Assembly (NCBI GenBank): GCA_028534125.1
Contig: CM052832.1
Location: forward strand, 19,532,001 to 19,596,000
Source: Lama glama
Taxonomy: Eukaryota
Reading direction: 5' to 3'
Length of the DNA stretch: 64,000 nucleotides
This document shows positions 13,238-24,605 of the stretch, in pieces. Every line of letters begins with the position of its first letter. The stretch's first letter is position 1. The notes below the pieces were generated by a model. That model ran no database searches. It saw nothing but the letters and a program-made list of their open reading frames with translations, and was not told where the DNA came from. The translations under genes were made by a program, and so were the position numbers.

Positions 13238-13822
13238 ACAGGTAATTATTCAGGGCTTCTTAGTAGCTGCTGGGTGTGGGTGGCACTTTTCTGAGTCAAG
13301 GTCTCAGCAATAACAAGTTCAAGAGAGCAGAGAAACAGATGAGTTGGGCTCTCTTGTTGGCCAGATTCCCTCTTCTACCTCATCTGGCCTCTTCCCTGCT
13401 TTTCCCTTTGATTGATGCTATGCTACATAGTATCATGAAAATGGTTCTTTCTTTTTAGAGTCTTTTTTTCCTGTCAGCTTAATATATTCCCACTAAAAAA
13501 TTGAAATGGACAAATGAAATTGCCCCTAAATGTGATTTTTTTTTCTTCCAAGATTTTGAAGAAAATGGAAAACAATTAACATTCTAAAAATTTTCTAAAG
13601 ATAATCATAGATTGTGCGATGACTTCTTTTGCTCTCTAAATGTTGCATGCAAGTATCCCTTGAGGCTCTTTTCTTTGCTAGAAGTCAGATTTTTCCCCCC
13701 ACATGCAGTAATGGGGTGATGGGTGGCCTGGTGCAGTGTAGAGCATCTCAGGCTGGATTGTCTAGGAAGACCTTGCACGAAGACTTAGGCAAGTTGCAGA
13801 TCTCCCAGTGTTCATGGCTTGC

Positions 13823-14527
13823 TGTTGGAGGAGGTCATCAAGAGGATGTGACTGCAAGTTGACTCCCTCCCTCATCCTTGGAATGTACATTCTGGCCACC
13901 ATTCCCACAGTGGGAGCTGTTTTCAAGGACATGGTCTTGATAGAGTGATATGTTGTTAACTGAATCAACATCTGGACTGAATATATGACTGAACCCAGTT
14001 AAGATCTCTATATAAACTTTTTTTTTCCTTTCTTAGATACTTTAATTAAGGCATGATAATGATAGTAAGCATTATTAGATGATAATGAATAGGACAGTAG
14101 TAAACATTAATATGACTTATAATAAGGCAGTACAGTATGTTACAATCATAAATCATTAAAGGAGTTATAGAAGGGAATGCTCAATTCCAGTATCATTTTA
14201 TACTCTAATACATAGTAGAACATAATAAATGGAGAGGGTGTCTTATTTTTATTATATTGGCTGTCACTCTATATTAGTATTCTATTGCTGTGCTACAAAT
14301 GATCACAAACATATATAAACTTTTAAGATTCTGAGTGGGGGTTGCATGGAGATCTGCTGTTCTTGCAGCCACCCAGACGAGCCTCACATGTGACTCCCTT
14401 TGCTTATTAAACTTGCCATCTACCCATCTGGAATGGTCTGCCTCCTTCTTCTGTTTCTCCTTGCCTCCATGTATGGGGGCCAGTTTAAAATATCACCTGG
14501 GGTAAGTCCTAAGTTTGCAAACTAACA
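13823..14527 (+). mobile_element. Solo LTR (family unassigned), interrupted by an insertion at 14022-14311
   Basis: Termini TGTTGG...CTAACA, exact 5-bp TSD CTTGC (13818-13822 and 14528-14532), TATATAAA box, downstream ATTAAA ('cttattaaacttg', ~14405). Confidence 0.8.
14022..14311 (-). mobile_element. L1-mobilised orphan retroposed sequence
   Basis: 13-bp direct repeats TATATAAACTTTT (14009-14021, 14312-14324), TTTT/AA target, T-rich tail on the left, TTTAAT (ATTAAA on -) at 14041-14046. Confidence 0.75.
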
Positions 14528-14689
14528 CTTGCTGTCAACCCCCGAATCTCACAAGGCTCAGAGATTTGCACATACACACAAAATAAGAAAAAATAGTTAA
14601 GGTTTTACACAAGTGTTACTATCTTTCTTTAATTTACTTGGCATTAGCATATGAAGTGTATTATACTTACTCAAAGCTTCTTGTTTTCT

Positions 14690-15290
14690 TTTATATATTC
14701 AGTAGATATTGACTGTACATTTACTGTGTGCAGATTTTATTCCATGTGCTGGAGATGTATCTGTGAACCACACAAACCCAGTGCCTGGGTTTGTCGAATT
14801 CAGAAATTATGGCCATGACCACCAGACAAGCAGTCAGAGCATATTACAAATGAGTGTGTGATCAGGGCTGCGGCAGATGCCAGCCAGTGCTGTTGAGTCC
14901 GTCACTCAGGCCTTGAAATCAGGACAAGCTTCCCAGAGGAAACTGCATCCAACCTGGAATGAGTGAATCAGACTTAATTAGACAGAGATGCAACAGTCAT
15001 TGATTCAGCCCAAGGGCACAGCAGATAGGAAGATCCAGAGATAGAAGAGAGGAGGATGCTCCAGGTCTTGAAATTCAATGTCGCTGGAACATGGGGACAT
15101 GGGTGCTTGTGGGAGCACAGTGGGAGGGATAGTTTGGGACCAAAGGAGAGGCCAGGTCATGTTCGGCCTTCTAAGTCACCTTAAGGAGTTTGTCCTATAT
15201 CTTAACAATAGGAACCTATGCTATGGTTTTAAATAGAGCAATCATATTATCAGATTTGTTGTTTAGAACAATCACTCTGCATCACTAAGT
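14690..15290 (-). mobile_element. L2 LINE fragment
   Basis: 'attcagtagatattgactgtacatttactgtgtgcag...gtgctggagatgtatctgtgaacc' and 'aggagtttgtcctatatc...atattatcagatttgttgtttagaacaatcactctg' match antisense L2. Confidence 0.7.
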
Positions 15291-16325
15291 GGAAGTTGGG
15301 AGAGGGTGAAACTAGATATGGGAAGACCTTCTGGAGAGAACAGGGGTTAGAATTGGGGGTGTCAGTGGTCTGGGGAGAAGTGATGGCTTTGAGAAATGGT
15401 TACTTAGATTCTTGCCTAGGTGTCTCAGCAATGGTGTGTTGGCCAGCGACTCTGGAGGACATGAAAACGCTGGGAATCCAAATAACCTCTTTCAGCCCCC
15501 TGTGGTGCCATTTCTGAGCTCTGAATCAGTAATTTAGAGCTGAGTGAGACTTAATAAAATCACCAAGATGAATTCCAGGGTGTATCTGACAGTGTGAGAT
15601 TTTCCAAGTGTGCAGGCAGCATGCTAATTGCCAAGCTCCTTCTCTTCTGACCTGCGTGGTGCCAAAGACCAACAGAATTTATTCCTATGAAAAAAACGTG
15701 CAAGTGTTTAAAAATAGTCAGCTCTCTCGTAAGTCTGTTGCTCCTTAGTTCACTGTTCTCTGTGCAAAGGGGACAGAAAGGACTCTAGATAGCCAGAGGT
15801 GATATTCCTGGTCTACATTATGGCTGCTGTGGTGGGGCTCCTTGGGTATTTGGTGTTCACTGATGTTTCTTGGTTTTTATTTTGATGATCATCAAATTGT
15901 CCATTAAAACATTCCCCTTCTCCCACCGAAGCTGTTATGTTGTATTTTCCTTTATGATTTCCAAAGGTGAAAGATAGCCACCCAGTTAGAGTCAGCAGGC
16001 TCATTACGAGGGATGAACTAAGAAGGCAAAAGCTTCTTCCTTAAGAACTGGCTCCCCACAGAAAGGGAAAAAAAAGTGACAAAAGATAAGCTGTCGACCT
16101 GTAGTTTAATCAAGGGAGCTGGTAGCTTACGGTGTTGCCAGGTGCCCTGAGGCAGAGCTGAGAGACCATTAAAATCATGAGAGGAGACTGTCAGCTGTGA
16201 TCCCCGCCTCTTTCCAGCAGCCCTCGGCCACAAGCTGGCATTTGCTCACCCACAAGGAGGAGGGAGCCTCACACCTGGGCAGAGAGCACTGCTGCTGTTT
16301 TAATGGTCAGCAGTCCAAGTCCCCG

Positions 16326-16341
16326 TAGTGCCACCTGCAGG
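16326..16341 (-). promoter_or_regulatory. Candidate CTCF binding site
   Basis: The minus strand reads CCTGCAGGTGGCACTA, close to the CTCF core CCASYAGRKGGCRSY. Motif only; binding is not shown. Confidence 0.5.
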
Positions 16342-16686
16342 AAGCTGCCCCTTTCTCTCCTGAGCCATCTATTAGGATGCTGGCTCCTTCCTTCTGCTTC
16401 TGCTGAGTCCCTGGCCCCAGAGGTGCTGCCCATTTATCTTTGGCTCACTAAATGTTTGTCCTACTCAACTGGATTGACTTCCTGGACACAGAACCTTACT
16501 TGCCTATTAGCAAATGCTTCTCTCCTATTCCTCCCTCACCTGTGCTTGCCTCTTGGACTTTGGTTCAGATTTGTTGTTCTGCTTATGGCTGCTGATGTCT
16601 TGGCCACATGCTTTGCCCATAAACAACTTTATTCTCTGCTAGGCTTACATCACCTGACACTGGGACTGACTCTTCCAGTCTGCCCC

Positions 16687-16752
16687 ATTTTATTTTGTTT
16701 TATTTTATTTCATTTTACTTTATTTCGTTTCATTTTACTGTATTTCATTTTT
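16687..16752 (+). repeat. (TTTTA)n-type simple repeat, degenerate
   Basis: 'attttattttgttttattttatttcattttactttatttcgtttcattttactgtatttcattttt'. Confidence 0.85.
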
Positions 16753-17866
16753 TGTTGTCTAAGACATGATACATAAAGGCAACGAAAGAAAGCAATTTAT
16801 TTTGACTCTGTAATACAGATGTTGACTGGAGATCACACTGGCTTTTGAAGGTCAAATGGAATTCACTTGAACATTTATTCTTCCAGCAGTGGGATGCTTC
16901 CAGTTTCTCTGGGGGGCTTTTGAATGAGTGTGGTGAGATGGGATGTTTTCCTACATTAACTCTGTTTACTTGTTTCTGCTGAATTCACCCAGTTTATTGA
17001 GATTGTCAGCCTCAGCATGTTGAATTAATGAATATTATTCCATGCTAGCAGTCCTCTTCCCAAGGATACGACCTTCACAGGATTGAGAGGGAGCCTGATT
17101 TTACCGAGAGCTTCAGAGTTATAGAGGGGCTTTATATTACAACATTGCAAACTGCTGAAATCAAATGAACATATTCTGTCTCATTTAAAAGTCCTCAGAG
17201 AAGACCATCACAAGAATTTCTCATTGGCCTCCTCTCCTCCCCAAACTCCTCCATTTACTGCTTTAGTTGCTTGAGTCAACTGCCAGCTCCGTGAACAGAC
17301 AGATAATTCAATTGCTGTTTGGTTTTCTGCCTTTGAGGTTTACCTTCCCTATTTGAAGAATCCAATCAGGGTCTTCTGTGTGCTGGAGTCTGCCAGTGCT
17401 GGCTTGGAAGAGGTGATTGTTCAATATTCAGGAATTTGGGGCTCACAGGTAGTTTGAAATTGGAGCATTTACACCACAGGCATTGGTAAATGATATGAAT
17501 TTGTTGTTGTTTTTGGTCTGGTTTGTTTTTGTGTTCCTTTGGAGCCAGTTTTGTGGTAGACCACCTCATCAGAAAACTTACCTTGTGGAGAAACAGCCTT
17601 TTGTCCCCATTGCCTCCAGCAATGGCTGCTGTGAATTGTGACGTTTTTCTCTTTGTCGCATACAAGAAGTTAAACATTTGCGTGGCTGAATCTGCTGCCA
17701 AGCTTAGTCAAAATCTTAAGAGAATGAGCTGGGATTTTAGGTCTGGACAGGTCTGGGCTGTGGTTGGTGTGAGGACAAACCGGGTCTAGTTTCCCTGGTT
17801 AAGTCTTCTCTGTGCAGAGGTAAGAGGATGCTTAGTATCAGTGGGATAGGCTCTTTACAAAGACAC

Positions 17867-18121
17867 TTGTGTTTGGTTCTGTTTGGTTCATTTATTTTTG
17901 TTTGTTTGTTTTTTGTTTTTTATATTCCACATGGATACAGAGAACATAGAAGTGTTTACCAGAGGGGAAGGGGGCTGAAGGGAGGTCAGAATGGATAAAG
18001 GGGTGTATGGTGACAGATGGAGTTGAATTCTTCATGGTGAGCCTGCTGTAGTGTATACAGAAGTCAAATATAATGTACACATGGAACATTGTTATAAACC
18101 AGTGTTACTTTAGTTAGAAAA
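17867..18121 (+). mobile_element. Short LINE-1 3'UTR insertion with 5' inversion
   Basis: 17928-18121 is sense L1 3'UTR ('gatacagagaacatagaagtgtttaccagaggggaaggggg...ttataaaccagtgttact'); 17867-17932 is the adjacent upstream L1 segment inverted. Confidence 0.8.
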
Positions 18122-19059
18122 AGAGGATGGTATTTGTGAAGCTCAGAGATTTAGCCATATCCTGTTTCTGTGGAAGAATAAAGGCAAAGACCAGAAAGAG
18201 GGGAACTAGCAGAGGGTTGAATGCCAGACTAAGGGATTTTTAATCCTTATTTCCTGGGTTATTGAAAAATATGGACAAGACTGATCAAGTGGAATTTTAC
18301 CAAGATTTATCTTGTGAATTAGTACAGAATAGATTGGGATGGGAGGTCCACCAGAGGGAGAGATACTACATAGAGAGCTTGTTAATACATAACTTTCCAG
18401 TCCCTCATGTTCTGTTTCTTAACATGTTTTTTCAAAGTTTTTCCCCTCTACCTCAGATGAGGGTAACAGAGGTTGTGTTTTCTTTTTGCTTGGCCCATGC
18501 TAAATGATTCATTAGTATTTCCAAATGAGACTTAATTGTTTCATTTCGTTATGATACAACTCTGAGGAGAAAATTGCTTTAATAGAAAACCCAATTAAAA
18601 CCCACTGCCACTAGCTTCAGGGCCCCTTCTATGGAAGATTAACACTGTTTGGCCTTTGAATTTCAATTAATGGATGTTAACCATTGCCCCATCGACTCAA
18701 CACTTGTGAAATGTTAATCTGGGACTGGAATGACGTTCTGTGATAGGATGTGGTGGGTAAGACAGTGACCTGGGACGCTGGGACTAACTAGTCTTCCAGT
18801 CCCTGGGTCAGAGTCCTTCTCTAAAAACTGAAAGAATTAGTCTAGTGTAAATTGGCACAGCAACCCTGAGGGGTCAATTTGACTGACTCTGTTGAAGCTG
18901 AATCTGTGTGCACTTTGTGACCCAGAAATTCAAATTCCCAATATCTGTTTTAGAGAAAGACTTAGGTGAGCCAGGAGACATGCTGTCTCTAAGCATCCTT
19001 CACACTCATTCTAGTAGAAGGCAGCAAAGTGTAGATAGGCCAGGAAGACCCATAACTTA

Positions 19060-19180
19060 TTGTCTCTTGGGCTTAGCTTTCTCACCTGTAAAATGGGAAT
19101 AATAATATATGGAGGCTTCTTTTGAGTTAAGGATGAAGTAATGTCCATCAAGCACTTTGCCCAGTGTCTGACACATAAAT
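19060..19180 (+). mobile_element. MIR SINE fragment
   Basis: 'cttagctttctcacctgtaaaatgggaataataata...aagcactttgcccagtgtctgacacataa'. Confidence 0.8.
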
Positions 19181-20101
19181 TTTCAACCCCCCCAAGTAAC
19201 AGTTTAAGTTTTAACATAAATTTTAGTTATATACAAATATGTCATCCCTTGTAAAATTTTTGAGATATTACAGATAAGGACAAAGTGTCCTTTAAGCCGT
19301 TTATTCTCCACAATTTCATTCTTAGCTTTCTACCCTTCTATTGAGAGGTAATTACTCTTGCCATTTTTTGGTGTATCTTTCCTGGTCTTTTGCTATGTAT
19401 TGAGATATATAAAATTTCTTTTTCTCCCCAGAGAAAATACATAGTATTAGTCTACAGCTTTTTTTTCCTACTCACTATGTTTTCAAAATCCAAGGTAATA
19501 GATGTAAAATAACTTTATTATTTTAAACTATTGCAGAGTCCTGTATTAAGTGTGCATGATACATTTTAAAACCATTTCCCTTTTGCTGGATATCTAGATT
19601 AATTCTAGTGTTTTAATTACACAAGCAATGTTGCAACAAATACCTTTCCAGCTCTCTTGTGCAAGTATTTCTCTAGGGGAAGCCATCAGGAATTAGATAT
19701 GTAGGATCATAAGGTGTATACATTTTGAGCTTCAAACAGTTCTGCACAATGACCAGTAAAGCAACTCTACTAGTTTAAATTTCAAACCACAACACACGAG
19801 AGCATTCCTTTCCTTACTCTCTTGTCAAACTTGTCAGCACTTTTAACAGGTTTAATAATCTTGTGGGTGAAAAAAAGAAAAGGTATATCATTTGTGGTTT
19901 TACAATGCTAATGACCAGTGGGATTGAGTATCCATTCACATCTTTATTGGCCATTTATATTCCCTTTTCTATTAATAGGGGATACTAATCCTTTGTTCTC
20001 TCTGTCGCAAATATTTTCTCCCAATTTTTGCTTGTGTTTCAATTCTGTTTATGATGTCTCTTGATAAATAGTTTTGAGGTGGCTAAATTAGTAATTTTTT
20101 G

Positions 20102-20205
20102 TGATATATATATATTCTTTCTTTTTGTGATATATATGTGTGTGTGTATATGTATGTGTGTATGTGTGTGTGTGTGTATATATATATATATTTATATTTA
20201 TATAT
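20102..20205 (+). repeat. Compound (TA)n/(TG)n microsatellite
   Basis: Direct reading. Confidence 0.9.
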
Positions 20206-20471
20206 AAACTTTTTTTGCATCTTGTTTAGGGAGAACTTTCCTCACCCTCAAAGTCACTGAGATATTCCCTAATTTTTTAGCACATATATATATGTATATA
20301 CATATTTTACATTTAAATCTTTCATTCATATGGAATCTCCATATGAACAAATTTTCTTTTGCTTCAAAAAAGTCTGTTATTACCAACATCACTTATTGAC
20401 TAATCTTTTTCTTCATAGATTTACAGTGTCATCTTTATCAAACATTAAATTCCTGCATATAGATAGCTCTG

Positions 20472-20943
20472 TTTTATTTTTTAATATATATATGTATATT
20501 TATTGAAGTATAGTCAGTTTACAATGTGTCAATTTCTGGTGTATAGCATAATGCTTCAGTCATACACGAACACACATATATTTGTTTTCATATTTTTTCA
20601 TCATAAGTCACTACAAGATATTGAATATAGTTACCTGTGCTATATAGTATAAACTTGTTGTTTATCTATTTTGTACATATTAGTTAGTACCTGCAGATCT
20701 TGAACTCCCAATTTATCCCTTCCCAACCCCTTCCCACCCTGATAACTGTAAATTTGTTCTCTATATCTGTGAGTCTATTTCTGTTTTATAGATAAGTTCA
20801 TTTGTGTGTGTCTCTCTTTTTTTTTTTAAGATTCCACATATAAATGATATCATATGGCATTTTTCTTTCTCTTTCTGGCTTACTTCACTTAGAATGACAG
20901 TCTCTAGGTCCATCCATGTTGCTGCAAATGGCATTATTTTTGA
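20472..20943 (-). mobile_element. Younger LINE-1 3'UTR (artiodactyl/camelid type) nested in an older L1
   Basis: 'tttattgaagtatagtcagtttacaatg...ttccacatataaatgatatcatatggcatttttctttctctttctggcttacttcacttagaatgac...gttgctgcaaatggcattattt'. Confidence 0.88.
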
Positions 20944-23156
20944 TTCTTTTCAAATAATAATCCATTTATTCCTATACTGATACCATATAATTGCTGTAGT
21001 TTTTAACATCTTGACTTGTGGGAGGGCTGGTTCCTATTTTGCCCTCTTATAAAATTATCTTGGCTATTCTTGCCCATTTGCTCTTCCAGATTAATCCTAG
21101 AATCAGTTTGAATGTTTCGTCAAGAAACTCACTAGGCTTTGATTGAAGTCATAGTGAATGCATAGCTTCATTCTGGGAGAAGTGATGATAATGATGCTGT
21201 TGATGAGGATGACGAGGGTGGATTTCTGATTTCTTCCAGAGCATTTCCTGGAGTTCCATGTAGGATCACTTTGGACAAGTGAAGATGATGGTGATAGTGA
21301 TGAGCCATCCTCTCTTTGCTATTTCTCTTAGATGAGCCCTTTTCCCTGAATTGTCTGAAGTGTTTCTTTATAACACCATACAGATGAGATCTGGAAACCT
21401 TTGATTAGAGAGGTCAAACATCACTCAGGAGTAGCTGATGCTTATGGTACATTCTCCAATATAGCATCTGACCTGCTCCCACATTTCCCCAGGGTCCCTT
21501 CCAAGATCTTACACTGGCTTTTGGACACTGAGACCCACAGGACCCTATATGATGGCTTTCATGTGAAAGCAGTTGTTCTTCTAGTAATTGTTGTTTGAGA
21601 ATATGCATAATGAAAAATGGCTACTGTGAGTGAAATAATTCTTAAATGTGTTGGGATCGTTCACAAAATGAATATGTATGTGTAAGACATATGACTTATT
21701 CAGCTATAGATGGTGCTTGGTGTCCACAAGTTTTGGGGAACCCCTTGTGCTGACAGATAAGAATGTTTCCTCTCTTCCAGGAAATTCTGCTAGCCTCCCA
21801 GGTAGATTTACTTGAAGACCAGGGCCTATCTCATTTTTTGTCCCATCCTTTTATACTCTTGGGGGAATTTTCTAAATTAAAACCTATTTAAAATTGTGTA
21901 TAGTTTGCCTTTCACAAAGTTGTGCATATTTTCCTCTTCTATATATGTGTTATAGGTACCCAGTATATTAAAAAAATTAGCCTTTTAACAGAATAGACTC
22001 ACCGTCTACAGATATGCGTCATTCATGTGTGCACTGAACTCTGACTAAATAAAATACAGATAATAATAATTCCCACCTCTCAGGGTTATGGTGAAGAACA
22101 AATGGGCTGACATACAAGAAGCCATCTGCAAACTGTATAGCATTATACAAATGTTATTTTGCTACCCAGCCCTGTAGAAAGTTATAAATGAAACAGCCAC
22201 CTTGGTTCCTGCCCTTGAGATATTTAAAACCAGCTGGAGGCTCAGATCTAGGTGGAACAATTAAGGAGAAATTGCAAGGTAACTTGGAAGCAAGCTCCTA
22301 CAAATAAATGAAAATTGTAGCCCTGAGTGCTAATATAACACAGGGAGCTGGTGTTCCCAGAACCAGCTCTTACACTCTGTGCAGGTGAAGCAGCCCCTCG
22401 TTCTGCCCCCAGCGAAAGTGGGGAGCTTCTCCACCGCAGCAGGGCCCCGCTGCTTCACCTTCCTCTCTTTCTCCTCCATCTTTAAAAGGCTCTCCCTCTC
22501 CGGGAGGACCTTCCAGACTGAGCCTCCCAGTTACTCACGGCCTCTCTCTTTCTAATAGCTCCTTTGCCCCTGTGGCTTCTCCTTCCTCCCACATGGCAAT
22601 ATTAGATCTATTCCACTGGCAGTCCTGGGACTTGCACTCTGCAGTACTTGATGCCGAGGAAAACAATGTGGAAAAGAACCCACAGCAGGCTCTGTCCTTG
22701 GCTCCAGGTCAGAGCCTTGTATTTTGATCACTTCATTTATTATGCTTGCATTTTGAAATGGTGAGCATGGGTACCCACTGTTCTTTCATCTAAGAAAGTC
22801 TGGGGCTGCTGGGAGGTATTCACAGGTAATTAATTTGTCAGGATAGGGGAAGCAGTCTTGCCAAATACAAGCAAAAAAGCCCAAATTCACACCTCATCTA
22901 GCAGTTGATTAGTTCTACAAATGACCATGAATAACATAAAAAGGTGTGGGGAGAGGGGTGTGTAGATGGTAGGACAGATAGACCTGGAAATAGATGAGGC
23001 TTTACTGCTAAACCTGATGTACTCATACTTTTTGCCTCTTTGTGGACTACAGTTTCCCCTTGTAAATGAATCCCTTGTGGCTATCACATCAATCTTCTGG
23101 ATAAATGAGTATGCCGCTTGCCTAATGTGGTCCATGTGTGGGCCAAGGGAAAGGCT

Positions 23157-23432
23157 TTTCTCTTTCTCTTTTCTTTTCTTTTCTTTTCTTTTCTTTTCTT
23201 TTCTTTTCTTTTCTTTTCTTTTCTTTTCTTTTCTTCCTTCCTTCCTTCCTTCCTTTCTTTCTTTTTTTTCTTTCCTTTTCTTTTCTTTTCTTTCTTTCTT
23301 TCTCTCTCCCTCTCCCTCCCTCCCTTCCTTCTGTTCTTTCTTTCATCTTTCTCTTTCTCTCTCCTTCCTTCCCTCCTTCTCATCTCTCTGTCAGTGTCTC
23401 TCTTTCTCTCCTTCCTTCCCTCCTTCCTTCCA
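23157..23432 (+). repeat. (TTTTC)n / (TTCC)n polypyrimidine microsatellite
   Basis: Long perfect TTTTC run followed by TTCC/CT-rich sequence; it explains the F/S-rich and K/R/E-rich pseudo-ORFs. Confidence 0.97.
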
Positions 23433-24099
23433 CCTTTCAGAGAAATCCATGCTTTAAATTGGCTCTAAATTAAAGATACCATGAACAAATTTTCCAGACT
23501 CAAAATTGGGAGATATAGTCTGATGACAAGAGAGAAAATTTGAAGCCACCATAATTACAGATGAGAGAAATCTCTGCAGATGGATAGATAGTTCCTCTAG
23601 GAGTTTGGATGCCTGACACCATCCCAGTGTCTGGAATTATCAAGAGTGTAGTGTTTGTGGACCTGTGAGTACAGCTGCCTACTGAAACTTATGTAAGGCA
23701 CCTGGCACATGATAGGCACACAGTACAGTCTAGTTTCCTTCACCATTTGTAAGTCACCATTGATTTGAATGTTAACTAATAGAGTGATTGAATTTTATGA
23801 CATTTCTAATGATTTGTTTTGAAATCAGTTTTCAAAATCTAGAAATGCAAGGGGAATGTGTTGTCTTAGTTACTGAACTTCTGGTGCATTTTGCTGAATG
23901 AAATAAATATGCCTGAGAAGCTGAATAAAGTTAATGTTTATAAATCAAATTATATTCTACAGATATTAAGAATACCCTTCTGTTAATGGTATCGTAGAGG
24001 AATCCTTTTCTTTGGAAATGGAAATATAAGTTTGGTTAATTCTGATTTGGGCACATTATTTTTGTTTTCCTAAAGGAAAATATACTTGGTTATTCAGTT

Positions 24100-24285
24100 C
24101 AACTTGCTTTTAAACGAGAATCTGTTATATGCTAGGTATTGTTTGGCACTTTCACAATGTGTAATCTTATATAATTCTCTCAGGAACTACTTGCATTTTG
24201 TACATAAGGTCCACGTGTTTAGTGAGTTGCTCAGGGCTCACAGAGTCAGCATGTGGCACAACTGAGATTTGATTCCAGGTCTCTT
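24100..24285 (-). mobile_element. MIR SINE
   Basis: 'tagtgagttgctcagggctcacagagtcagcatgtggcacaactgagatttgattccaggtct'. Confidence 0.7.
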
Positions 24286-24409
24286 CTCTTCCATTGTTAC
24301 CTTGTTTGGCCTCCTGTTACCAGGTCTAAGATGGCTATCTCTTCTCTTACTCTGAGCAATATCAGCCTTTATGGGGGAGACATTTCATTGTGGGCCTTGG
24401 AATTAATAT

Positions 24410-24605
24410 GAGTTTGGAGTTAATCTGGGTTTGCTACTTACCAGTTGCATCATTTTGGGAAAGTTTCTAACCTTCTCAGTTTCGGTCGACTTACCTGTAA
24501 AATGGGGTTAACAACTGCCACAACAGTATGTGTAAGGATTGGAATAAAATAAAAGATAAAGCACTGGCCACATGAAAGGCAGCCCTTATGTGTTAGCCAC
24601 TAGTA
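24410..24605 (+). mobile_element. MIR SINE
   Basis: 'ctacttaccagttgcatcattttgggaaagtttctaaccttctcagtttc...ctgtaaaatggggttaacaac'. Confidence 0.75.

Larger units (their letters stand above)
19200..21190 (-). mobile_element. Old LINE-1 (L1ME-like), interrupted by a microsatellite and a younger L1
   Basis: Diverged antisense L1: 'gatactaatcctttg...gcaaatattttctcccaa', 'cttggctattcttgcccatttgctcttccagattaatcctagaatcagtttg'. Confidence 0.75.

Noticed and set aside
16303..16776. 157-aa hydrophobic ORF
   Set aside because: No recognisable family; the C-terminus comes from a (TTTTA)n repeat; the length is plausible by chance in T-rich DNA.
22966..23473. Five overlapping ORFs of 74-163 aa (F/S-rich or K/R/E-rich)
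   Set aside because: They are translations of the (TTTTC)n microsatellite.
24100..24605. Oppositely oriented MIR pair as a dsRNA or editing substrate
   Set aside because: The copies are too diverged to see extended pairing.
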